A stretch of 63,801 nt of DNA, the filler included, from Octopus bimaculoides (lineage: Eukaryota): assembly GCF_001194135.2 (NCBI RefSeq). It is 6 parts of 6 records of this genome, joined end to end, with 100 filler letters (N's around TTAATTAATTAA, not from the genome) between each part and the next. Parts side by side here need not be neighbours in the genome. Positions count along the whole stretch, not along the records: positions 1 to 13,392 come from NC_069008.1; 5 more parts are not named here. One strand, given 5' to 3'. A program made the position numbers and the translations under genes. The number at the start of each line of letters is the position of its first letter. The first letter of the stretch is position 1. Below are positions 1 to 10,289 of this stretch, in pieces. The notes under the pieces were generated by a model, which saw nothing but the letters and a program-made list of their open reading frames with translations, had not been told where the DNA came from and ran no database searches.

Positions 1-20
1 GTAATCAGCGGCTCAACCTG

Positions 21-214
21 TCACCAGATTGATAAAAAGAAAAATAGTTGAGAAATCTTTAATAGTGTTGGCAATCTGATATGGATGGAGTGCAACAACA
101 GCAACAACAACGATAGCGACAACAACAACATCAATATTTGCTGTAGATATCCTGTGATTGGTAAATTTTCTCTCAGCTGGATGAATATGGCCATGGAATC
201 AGCTTTTCCATATC
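21..214 (-). CDS. Terminal exon of minus-strand spliced gene: (G)YGKADSMAIFIQLRENLPITGYLQQILMLLLSLSLLLLLLHSIHIRLPTLLKISQLFFFLSIW*
   Basis: Acceptor ttcttgatacttccag| at 216-215. Its phase 1 start fits the upstream exon ending AAC AAT G. Stop TGA at 23-21. ADSMAIFI resembles the C-terminal motif of the domain family as I recall it. Confidence 0.75.
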
Positions 215-265
215 CTGGAAGTATCAAGAATAGCAAAATCAATAACTACTACTACTACTACTACT

Positions 266-302
<37 letters not shown>

Positions 303-759
303 TCTACTAAATCGTACAGTAGCAGAATCATATTGTATAAGAGTTTAATCTTTGGTTTCTTTCGTTAGCTAAAACATTGTGTAAAATGTAGCATGCACAT
401 TACTATTTCAAAGCATTTTCAGTAATTCCAAGCATCCTCAATTGTATATATAGCGGGAATTCAAACTCTAGCTGCTAGATACACGGTTAAGGACCAGAAG
501 TGATCCACAAGAGTTGCACGTAATTGATCTATCAATCGACAAATGTGCGTGAGGCTGTGACGTGATATGGTTTCCTCGAATGTTCTACTAACCACCCTGT
601 CCACCTTATAAAAATCGTTTCGGAGCTCAACTCCTCGCAGAGTGTTCATGGCAGCCGACTGATTTACACGATTCACTTGTTGTTAGCCACCCCAGAGGGT
701 CGTCCCCCCTTTTACCATCCAAATATCACATACTTCTCGAAATACTTTATTTTAACTGG

Positions 760-915
760 TAACTATCGTAACTTAGCGGTTCAGCAAAATATTCCGATAG
801 AATAATTAGCTGCCTTTAAGTGTAATAAGTACTTGGATCGGTTTGTTCGACTAAAACCTTTCAAGGTAATGCTCCAATATGGTCGCAGTGCGATAACTGA
901 AACAACTAAAGGTCA
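760..915 (+). mobile_element. SINE family B, decayed 3' part
   Basis: gtaacttagcggttcagcaaaa...gctccaatatggtcgcagt...actgaaacaa matches the 3' half of the full copy at 50416-50874. Confidence 0.7.
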
Positions 916-1355
916 AAACATTATACAAATATCCAGCTTTAAAAAAAAAAACCAAATCTTATCAAATATCTATTGGGAGTGGGGATGTGGGCTGTTACGA
1001 ATAATTTGTTTTATTTAATCCTTTACTTGTCCTGTGTATGACATGTGAACTACGGAGCACATTTCGCTGGCCTCCATGCATCCTGTAGGATGTATGCATC
1101 CAATTTGTTTGAAGTACCAGAGTAAGGACTTATGAAAGGAAACAGGGGCTAACTTAAAGTCTGAGAACAAGACTGGATAAAATGGATAAAGGTTAATTAA
1201 AGTTGAGTTTGAAGCATGTAAAATAGAAATATGGATTCCTTGATTTTTGGAAAATCATAAAAGAGTTCCGTAGCTAAATACGTTTTTGGTAACCCTGCTC
1301 TTATTAAAACAAAAAGACAAAGTTATAAACATTCAGACGATGATGAAATACTTAC

Positions 1356-1519
1356 CATTGTTCCATGTGGTTTTCATATCCGTTTTAGAGTAAAAAATTG
1401 TAGGGTTATAGTCTGATTTCGCCCAACTACAAGGAACGGGAGGTTCAGTTATAAAGAGCCAACCCCTGTCTTTTGAGCAAACGTCATGATAGTTTGACAC
1501 ATAGAAACGCCGTTGAGAT
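1356..1519 (-). CDS. Internal exon: SQRRFYVSNYHDVCSKDRGWLFITEPPVPCSWAKSDYNPTIFYSKTDMKTTWNN(G)
   Basis: Strong acceptor (tttttttcttttatcccatacag|) and donor (|gtaagt at 1355). 164 nt, phase 2 to phase 1, open frame. Motif RRF..C..D.GW....C.W....P.+.YS. Confidence 0.88.
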
Positions 1520-1710
1520 CTGTATGGGATAAAAGAAAAAAAATGGTCCACTTTCAATTATTGTTGTTATTATCCTATAAAGCTGCACTTATAAACCAAC
1601 TTACAATACTTTCCTGACAAAACCTATCTCTTGTTCAACTGTTTCATGTCTTGAACTAGAGCTAAACAATTAAAATTAAAATTCGTACACGCACACACAC
1701 ATAAACAAAC

Positions 1711-2330
1711 AAACACAAACACGCGCTAGCACACACACTCGCGCAGATGCGCGCGCTTATACTCATTAGGCAATTGAGTAAGGCAGTGGGTTGGCGCAAT
1801 CTTTAGCACACCGGGCAAAATGCTTCATCCATCCATACGTTTTGAGTTCAAATTGAATCGAGATTGACTTTTCCTTTTATCCTTTGGAGGTCCATAAAAT
1901 AAGTGCCAGTTAAACACTGAGGCCAATGTGATCGATATATCTTCTCTCTCGAGATTACTGGCCTTGTGCCAATGTTTGAAACTAATATATGTATTATTTT
2001 AACGCTTGAAAAGAAAGGAAACTAAAAGAGATTGGATCAGAAAATACAGACAGACAGATAGATAGACAGAAGCTGCTGATTCACCTTTAAATAATTCCTA
2101 GATATAACATTGATAATACGCAAAGAGTTTAAGCTATATTTCTCAAAAATAGACCTCCAAAGGGTAAAATGCAAATTTCGACTCAATTTGAACTCAAAAC
2201 GTAAGGATGAATGAAGCATTTTGCCCGATGTGCTAAAGACTGTGCCAACTCGGCCGCCTTACTTAATTTGTTTAATGAATATAAGTGCGCATAACTGCGC
2301 GAGTGTGTGTGTTAGCGCGTGTTTGTGTTT
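1711..2330. repeat. Inverted repeat: arms 1711-1892 and 2152-2330, including part of a family C SINE plus unique flank
   Basis: The reverse complement of 2152-2330 aligns to 1711-1892 (aaacacaaacacgcgcta...cctttggaggtc). Spacer about 260 bp. Confidence 0.9.
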
Positions 2331-2399
2331 TGGTAAACCTGCTCTTATTAAAACAAAAAGACAAGGTTATAAACATTCAGACGACGACGAAATACTTGC

Positions 2400-2540
2400 C
2401 ATTGTTCCATGTGGTTTTCAAATCTGTTTTAGAGTAAAAAATTGTAGGGTTATAGTTTGATTTCGCCCAACTACAAGGAACGGGAGGTTCAGTTATAAGA
2501 AGCCAATCCCTGTTGATTTCAAACGATGGTACTACGTCAA
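2400..2540 (-). pseudogene. Decayed duplicate of exon 1356-1519 (GC donor, frameshifted 5' part, no clear acceptor)
   Basis: 2327-2512 matches 1283-1470 closely. Donor is |gcaagt instead of |gtaagt. Upstream codons TAT CAT GAC GTT TGC have become TAC CAT C GTT TGA. Confidence 0.75.
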
Positions 2541-2695
2541 GAATTTTTGAGAATAGGCATATAATTAATAACATCGGTGTGGTATTCCATTGGTTCATAT
2601 TTTTGAATTGAACTCCCGAAGATTAAAGATCAAATCGGAATTCGAAAACACAATGTACAGGTAATTACGTAACAAAATGTGATAATAGGAACTAC

Positions 2696-2859
2696 CGAAA
2701 TCCAGCGAGTGAGAAATAATTGGTACGCCCTGGTTCTAGATCCTTCCATGGGGAACTTTTTAAGTTGTTCGGAGAGAACCAGTTTTCAATGGTTGTATTA
2801 CGTCCATCAAACACCATCGTTACAACAGCTGTTTGCTTTTTGTATATTACAAGTTTCAC
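2696..2859 (-). CDS. Internal exon: VKLVIYKKQTAVVTMVFDGRNTTIENWFSPNNLKSSPWKDLEPGRTNYFSLAGF(R)
   Basis: Acceptor ttttcatttcttcag| at 2861-2860. Donor |gtagtt at 2695 is weak, but an in-frame TAG follows. 164 nt, phase 0 to phase 2, fits both neighbours. Too short for the supplied ORF track. Confidence 0.85.
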
Positions 2860-2886
2860 CTGAAGAAATGAAAATGTATATATATA

Positions 2887-2925
<39 letters not shown>

Positions 2926-3356
2926 TAGTTAATGTGAAACACATCGTCGTGGGCAAATTTACTGCAGTGTTTGTTCAGAGATAATATCAATAATTAATAT
3001 GCTGGGTTTAAAAATACAATATGTATAGGAGGGAGACGAACATCGTTCCAACAACGGCGTGTGAAACAGCTACATGCATTTCTACCGCTTTGGGAGTCCT
3101 GTCAATGGTGTATACTCACAACCAACTACTTGCTTAGAGAAGAGATATCGCCACAGATATATAAGGAAACAATGAGTAAACAATCACTGGTGCTGTGAAG
3201 AGCCGCCCAGATGAACAAAGATCTGTTATATGCAATAGAAGCAGTATAAGATTAAAATAACTATTTACGTATCACATTTAATGTAAATACCCCAATGAGC
3301 AAATTTACAGCTGTAATCACTAAGGATATATGTAGCGTGTTTGTGTTTATATATAC

Positions 3357-3535
3357 CTGCTCGATTGGTAAACGGTTCCAGAAATCAAGTAGAGGGTGTC
3401 GGAAGAAATTAGGACAGTAGATACCATTGCACTTGTCCACATTCCAAGTGGAAGGACTTCCTATATTGAGGAAGGAATTATAGACGAACGAATCTGCTTT
3501 CATTGATATGGCATAGATTTTAATCCATTCACTTC
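3357..3535 (-). CDS. Internal exon: (G)SEWIKIYAISMKADSFVYNSFLNIGSPSTWNVDKCNGIYCPNFFRHPLLDFWNRLPIEQ
   Basis: Acceptor ttttctttttcag| at 3537-3536, donor cag|gtatat at 3356. 179 nt, phase 1 to phase 0, lies within ORF 3261-3644. Confidence 0.85.
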
Positions 3536-3566
3536 CTGAAAAAAGAAAATTATAATAGCTAGTTTG

Positions 3567-3634
<68 letters not shown>

Positions 3635-3822
3635 CGGAACCCATAACAGAACCAAAGAAAAGAACGGCGACGGATAATCATAAATACTAAAAAATAGTTG
3701 AATAAGGGCACACTGCTATGCAACACCCTCCAAAAACATACAAGAATAAATTCATACTGTAAATACCCAACAAAATGAAGAAAACGCACAACCCGACAGA
3801 ACTGAACCTGCGTTACACAAAC

Positions 3823-4104
3823 AGTTGTTGTTGTTGTTGTTGGCACTCCGTCGCTTACGACGTCGAGGGTTCCAGTTGATCCGATCAACGGAACAGCCTG
3901 CTCGTGAAATTAACGTGCAAGTGTCTGAGCACTCCACAGACACGTGTACCCTCAACGTAGTTCTCGGGGAAGATTCAGCGTGACACAGTGTGACAAGGCT
4001 GACCCCCTTTGAATTACAGGTACAACAGAAACAGGAAGTAAGAGTGAGAGGAAGTTGTGGTGGAAGACTAGAGCAGGGTTCGCCGCCATCCCCTGCCGGA
4101 GCCT
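3823..4104 (-). mobile_element. SINE family A with (AAC)n tail; 5' head lost in gap
   Basis: Closely matches 21632-21895. (GTT)n tail at 3823-3841. Confidence 0.85.
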
Positions 4105-4335
4105 NNNNNNNNNNNNNNNNNNNNNNNNNNNNNNNNNNNNNNNNNNNNNNNNNNNNNNNNNNNNNNNNNNNNNNNNNNNNNNNNNNNNNNNNNNNNNNNN
4201 NNNNNNNNNNNNNNNNNNNNNNNNNNNNNNNNNNNNNNNNNNNNNNNNNNNNNNNNNNNNNNNNNNNNNNNNNNNNNNNNNNNNNNNNNNNNNNNNNNNN
4301 NNNNNNNNNNNATCCCTCCCATCGTGATCGTAGCA

Positions 4336-4380
4336 CGAATGGACCCGGATTTCAGGGTTATTTCCCTTCGTCAGCGTCCG
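4336..4380 (-). ncRNA. Type I hammerhead ribozyme motif, copy 1
   Basis: Minus strand reads cggacg-CTGACGA-AGGG aaataa CCCT-GAAA-tccggGTC-cattcg. It has the full catalytic core, a 4-bp stem II, a quasi-palindromic stem III and a GUC cleavage triplet. Stem I pairs 5 of 6 positions. Confidence 0.8.
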
Positions 4381-4684
4381 ATAGCTACAGACCTTCGATG
4401 AGAGATATAAATTCTTGGCAACCTTATGTATATTTTTCCAGTGAAATTCTTCACTGATATCGAAAAAGTGAAAACAAGCAATGTTAATTCTCTAAATGAA
4501 GTATTAACAGTAACTGCACGATAAAGTGAAGTGTATTGCCACTTAAGTGTGGCTGACCCCTAGGGGTGGATGTTACTGTTTTTTTAGCCCCAGGAGGACA
4601 TCTCCTCCAGCTGGCTTATCGACACAATACTGTGTCCTGTTTGTTTTGCCAAGGGAAGTTATCCCTCCCATCGTGATCGTAGCA

Positions 4685-4729
4685 CGAATGGACCCGGATT
4701 TCAGGGTTATTTCCCTTCGTCAGCGTCCG
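4685..4729 (-). ncRNA. Type I hammerhead ribozyme motif, copy 2
   Basis: Identical to copy 1, 349 bp away. Confidence 0.8.
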
Positions 4730-5033
4730 ATAGCTACAGACCTTCGATGAGAGATATAAATTCTTGGCAACCTTATGTATATTTTTCCAGTGAAATTCTT
4801 CACTGATATCGAAAAAGTGAAAACAAGCAATGTTAATTCTCTAAATGAAGTATTAACAGTAACTGCACGATAAAGTCAAGTGTATTGCCACTTAAGTGTG
4901 GCTGACCGCTAGGGGTGGATGTTACTGTTGCTTTAGCCCCAGGAGGACATCTCCTCCAGCTGGCTTATCGACACACTACTGTGTCCTGTTTGTTTTGCCA
5001 AGGGAAGTTATCCCTCTCATCGTGATCGTAGCA

Positions 5034-5078
5034 CGAATGGACCCGGATTTCAGGGTTATTTCCCTTCGTCAGCGTCCG
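5034..5078 (-). ncRNA. Type I hammerhead ribozyme motif, copy 3
   Basis: Identical to copy 1, 698 bp away. Confidence 0.8.
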
Positions 5079-6887
5079 ATAGCTACAGACCTTCGATGAN
5101 NNNNNNNNNNNNNNNNNNNNNNNNNNNNNNNNNNNNNNNNNNNNNNNNNNNNNNNNNNNNNNNNNNNNNNNNNNNNNNNNGTAAAGTTAAGATAAATGAT
5201 GCAAGTATTATTGATAACCTTTCTGTAATCAATATCGATTATAGAGTTATCATTTTCATATTCTCCGGACAACAATCGTATTGTTTGAAAATGAAACCTG
5301 CCCTTTCCAGTTCATTAACACAAAACTTGCTGTGGTATAAAGAAAAGAAACCAGAAACGCTGAAACTTGTATTGTTGTTACAAAATCAATTGTTTCTTTT
5401 GTGAGTTTGTTGCGTGAAGCTTGCATATAATAAATAGCTTAACTTTAGACACTGCTTAAGTTATAGAATTCATTTTTCTCTTGTCATGTCTACACTTGTT
5501 TTTTTCTGTTTATTTTACAATGTTGCAGCCTACACACTTCTTTTTATACTTAAAGTCAAATTATTTAGCCCTAGGTTGTAATATCCTACGTGATTTATTT
5601 CACTATTATTTCAGGTTATTCTACATATTTCAGTTAAAATTCATACTGTACCTGTCACCATAAATATACAGGTCTCTTTTCATTGTCATTTTGATAAACA
5701 CTATCTTTCTCCGTCAGATTATCAGTGATTTCGTTTAGTGACAATCATTCTTCTTGCCTTTCCCTCCAGTCAAGTTAATATACTTAGAGTGGAATTGAGA
5801 TTATTATAAACTGTAAGTTATTACCAGAAGCGATTATTAATACTTACCATCGTAATCTATTTAATTCAACTCTGTTTAGTATTCATTTACTACATCTATA
5901 ATATTCTATCAGATTCTTTTATTCTTTTTCAGAGATCATTTGTCTAGTCTATTATAGATTCTGTATATGAGGGGCACTCTATCACTATTTATCTGATCTA
6001 TTAGAGATCATCTTATCTACCGATATAATAACTATTGGTATCACATCTATCTTCTTTTAGGGACCATATATTTCAAGCCTTCACTACAGATCGTGGGCCT
6101 CCTGTTTTTTTTCACTCTTCTGTCATTCCATATTTAAATATATCCAGGTATTGCAATATCACTGATATTTTATTGGTTTATATTTTATATATTACAAAAC
6201 AATATATATATATTCATATCAATACTTGATGTCTTCTGTTCTTTAGCTTTTTACTGTTGATGTTGTTTATTGTCATGGTACCCTTCAAATCTTTTCCAGA
6301 AATTACAAGAAATCCAATTAAAAATTTTTATTTAAGCAACTAAATTTCTTTCAACAATTTCTTTTCTCTTAAGCGTCAGGTACGTACAAAAAAAAAATGC
6401 TTATAAACGATCACTGTGCATAGACTATGCTAAGTAGTCAAATACTGGGGCATATAGGCCCTCGACGGAAAAAGTGCTTTTTCTTCTAATATGCCTCAGT
6501 ATTAGACTATTTACCTTAGTCAATGCATGGCGATCGCTTATAAGCTTTAAACTTATAAATATTATTATTATTATCATTATTATTATTATTATTTTATGTT
6601 TGACTTTTGTTTTGCATTTGTACAAGTTGGATCCAAGTCTCACCCAGAGACCTCAAGAGACAACAAGTTAGAAGTTCATGTAGGTGTTATGCCTAGGGTA
6701 CCATATATTTGGATTTGTACAGTTTTGTTCAAGTGAATGTTTAAGAAACCATAAGAAAATTATGTGTTTGCTTTAAAATTTGAGATCACATAGACAGTAT
6801 TTTACGTAGGATATGGGCAGTTCCCATGAGCACTATCTTTTGAACTTCTGCCATTTTGGGGTTTCCTGGAATCTGATCTAGGTAGTA

Positions 6888-6888
6888 A

Positions 6889-6970
<82 letters not shown>

Positions 6971-7260
6971 GAGTGAGAAAGCAGTGCATGCCATCAAAGT
7001 GACACTGGTGTAAAATATACGAAGTCAATTATACCCATCATGACAACCCCCTTGATAAGGGTACACCAGGCACATGTATCGCAACCATATGTGCGCGACA
7101 TGGTGATCTGATATCAAGATAAACAGCGCATGACCTTGCAGGTGGGGCCCAGTTAGAATATTCTTCAGGTTGAGTAGCCCATCACGCTCAAAAATTCCCG
7201 GAATAAGGGTTGTTTAAAGTTGTTGAACGACACACTCATGCTTCCAAAAGTGAATTATTC
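6888..7260 (-). mobile_element. 3' end of a retroposon with long (AAT)n tail
   Basis: (ATT)n at 6888-6969 abuts a more GC-rich body (gagtgagaaagcagtgcatgcc...) that I recall as a common octopus repeat. Confidence 0.5.
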
Positions 7261-7479
7261 AAGCAAAGTAACTGTCCTAATTCAGATTTGGTCTGGAAGC
7301 ACGTTATCACAGCTAGGGAGAGCGAAGGTGGCGCAGATGTACATGGCATTTGTTATCATCTGACCATCGTACCTTGCCTCGATTTGTGGCTGTCGCACTG
7401 GTCAGGTCGCTTTTGGGGCGCTACTGAGAGCATGTAACGCAGTACAACCCGTTGCATGCATCACGACATCGGGAAATTG

Positions 7480-8110
7480 GTAAAAGCTGGTATAGGTTGC
7501 GCGCTCGGCAGCCAAAGTAGCACCAGTAAAATACCTATCATATCCTGTTGAACTCGCTCTGAACCTGTAAGTTGCCGTAATGGTAGTTGTTCGAATTACT
7601 GTGTGTTGGTCCTGTCGATAGAATGTGGTAAAGGTTCGATTCCGTGCTCACAATATATCTGATGCAGCTGTGCTCACGTTCGACCCGGAAATCAAACCAG
7701 TGTTGCTCCGGGGGGCAGCCTTCGCTAACATAAAGAAGAGGTGACACTATTGGAGTTAGAAGAAATAAGTACCCAGAACTGGTGTGGCAGGGACGTAAGA
7801 GCAACAATCCAGGCCACACCAACAGATATTGATAGCATACCTGAGATCGTCATCCTTTCGGACGATACAAGAGTACATAAGAAAAATGTGTTCCAAGGGC
7901 CTACAACCTGAAATGCAGGGAAAAAAGCCAGACAGAGGCCAGTATGCAGCAGTAGAGAATGGAAGATGGGGAGAATCAAGAGGAGGTAATGGTGGAGACG
8001 GAGAAAGATACACCGTCTACTTCAACGACTGCGGAGCTGAAGGAGAAGCAGCAGGAGGAGATGGTGGAAGGAGAGACAGTCACGACGGAAGAAGTTGACA
8101 ACTTTCTCTC
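7480..8110 (+). mobile_element. Decayed LINE ORF1 (gag-like) relic
   Basis: Frameshifted reads FDPEIKPV / LLELEEISTQNWCGRDVRATIQATPTDIDSIPEIVILSDDTRVH, a degenerate zinc knuckle (KCREKSQTEAS) and an acidic tail (EVMVETEKDTPSTSTTAE). Confidence 0.5.
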
Positions 8111-8398
8111 TTAATGTATCTGCTTCCCATGCCCATCTCGTCCTCCACCGCGTTTCTTTAACCTCCTTGCCAGAACATTACTCTCTGCTAGATATTGTAT
8201 CCTAAACATATCTATTTTTCTTTACCGTTACCGCCATCCTACAGCATACCGTTAACACTTCTCTCTCCCACTTGTCTCTCACTGTCTTTTTCCCTTGCTC
8301 TTCGCCTCTCTCTTCAACTAACCACGTAATGCATTTGGCCTCATTATAGTCTTTCTCTACTTCTTCCTCACTTCTTTCTTCTCCACTCACACTCCTCA

Positions 8399-8404
<6 letters not shown>

Positions 8405-8456
<52 letters not shown>

Positions 8457-9110
8457 TTTTACTCCACCTCACTAATTCAAGTATAACAGGTGAACAAACA
8501 AGTAGATTATTACACAGATATGTATACATGTCACTGGCCTTCTCTCTCTCTTTCCCTCTCTCTCCCCCTCTCTCATACACCTTCTTTCCTACCTCATATA
8601 TTAATACCATTCCACCCCTTTTGCTCTTTATCTCCTTTCCTTCATACCCTGCCATTATCTCTTCCTCTCCTGCTCCACATTATCTCTTTCTCACTCTCTC
8701 TCTTTCTTTCTCTTATTCCCCCGCCCTCTATCTATCTGCCTCTCTCTCTATCTATCTGCCTCTCTCTCTATCTATCTGCCTCTCTCTCTATCTATCTGCC
8801 TCTATCTATCTATCTGCCTCTCTATCTATCTATCTATCTATCTATCTGCCTCTCTCTCTATCTAACTGCCTCTCTCTCTATCTATCTGCCTCTCTCTCTA
8901 TCTATCTGCCTCTCTCTCTCTCTCTATCTATCTGCCTCTCTCTCTATCTATCTGCCTCTCCCTCTATCTATCTGCCTCTCTCTCTATCTATCTGCCTCTC
9001 CCTCTATCTATCTGCCTCTCTCTCTATCTATCTGCCCCTCTCTCTATCTATCTGCCTCTCTCTCTATCTATCTGCCCCTCTCTCTATCTATCTGCCTCTC
9101 TCTCTCCTTG
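8405..9110. repeat. (CT)n/(CA)n and ~20-bp TCTATCTATCTGCCTCTCTC minisatellite
   Basis: Directly visible. Explains the Ser/Leu ORFs at 8490-9529. Confidence 0.95.
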
Positions 9111-9201
9111 CACTGTGGCTCTCACTCAATGTTTTTCTCCCTCTCTGTCTCTCTCTTCTTTCCTTTCTCTCTATCACTCTATCCCTCACTCAGTCCCTTT
9201 G

Positions 9202-9235
<34 letters not shown>

Positions 9236-9729
9236 ACTCTCACTCTCACTTTCTCTGTCGCTGTCAGTATCTCTCTCTCTCTCCTCCTCTTTATCTGTCG
9301 CTTTATGTTTGCTTCCCCTCTTTTTCTCTCCCTCACCCACTCTCTTACCTTCTCTATCCCTGTCTCTCTCTTACTAAACATATGCATATCTTTTTATTAC
9401 ATTTGTGCCCCCCTCTCAGTCTTTCATTCCTTTTCCTCTCTCCTTGAATCCCACCTCCTTATATATTACTCTATCACTTCACCTCTCGTGCTTTCTCTCT
9501 CACACATACGCGCATACAATCTCGCGTGAAAGCTATGAAGTTCTAAGGGAGGCTATAACTTTCTTAGAACTACATATATATAATGATTTATCTCCCTTAA
9601 CACAATCGTTATAAATTTTCTCAAACATTTAATTACATAATTACTTCGTAGTTCATAATTTATATAATTAAATAATCTGGGCATTGAAGAACAGGTTAAG
9701 AAAGAATTTTGTTATAGTTGGTTTCACAT

Positions 9730-10200
9730 CATGCTAGGAATCACAGCCAGTTGCCTTCAAATTTGTGCTGTTTTTAATGCAAAATAGAAGGACGTTTTAC
9801 AAACTTGTCCCATATGAGGTACTTATTCATGCTAGAAACAGTAACCAAGTGCCTTCAAATTCGTTTGGATTTGTTATATAAAAATAGGATACTTAATTGT
9901 TTATACAATATAATGAACTATGTGGTCCTGCATGATGCGAGAAATAGCAACCACGTGGCTTTAAATCTGTGTGTGGTATATATAAAAATTGAAGGGTATT
10001 TTACGAAGCCTGTGTAAGAATATAGCCCTACAGGTGGTCTCATATCATGGTAGAAATAACGAACAACAGCCCTTAGATTTCCTCTGTGTTTAAATATATA
10101 AATATGAAGGACACTTTTAGAATTTATAATAAAATATTATCCTATAAGTAGGATAATATGCTAGAAATAACAGCCATGTGCCCGCAGATTTGCATTGTCT
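9730..10200. repeat. Old degenerate tandem repeat, about 5 units of 98-112 bp
   Basis: Motif catgctagaaa..a.cca.gtgcc.t.a.at recurs at 9730, 9828, 9934, 10046 and 10157. Confidence 0.7.
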
Positions 10201-10289
10201 TTCATATAAAAAAAAGCTGTCTTTTCGCTTCCTAAGAAACACATGTTATACAATGTCTTGTCTCGCTTATTCCTATCCGAAATGTTGAG

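Larger units (their letters stand above)
4312..5099 (-). repeat. 349-bp tandem array (at least 2.3 units, gaps on both sides); candidate non-LTR retrozyme
   Basis: Unit starts at 4312, 4661 and 5010. About 5 substitutions between units 1 and 2. One hammerhead motif per unit. Confidence 0.92.

Noticed and set aside
461-676. 71-aa minus ORF in a GC-richer patch
   Set aside because: No splice sites or motifs linking it to the gene; probably an old repeat fragment within the last intron.
4547-4750. Repeated 67-aa ORF (also 4896-5099) in the tandem array
   Set aside because: Non-ATG start, no recognisable motif. Its repetition follows from the array, and it is antisense to the ribozyme.
4312-5099. 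Array as CRISPR or as a collapsed/duplicated assembly artefact
   Set aside because: There are no unique spacers, and the units differ at several positions, which favours a real tandem repeat. Copy number remains unknown because of the flanking gaps.
8490-9529. 295-aa and 333-aa Ser/Leu/Ile-rich ORFs
   Set aside because: Translations of CT-rich micro- and minisatellites.
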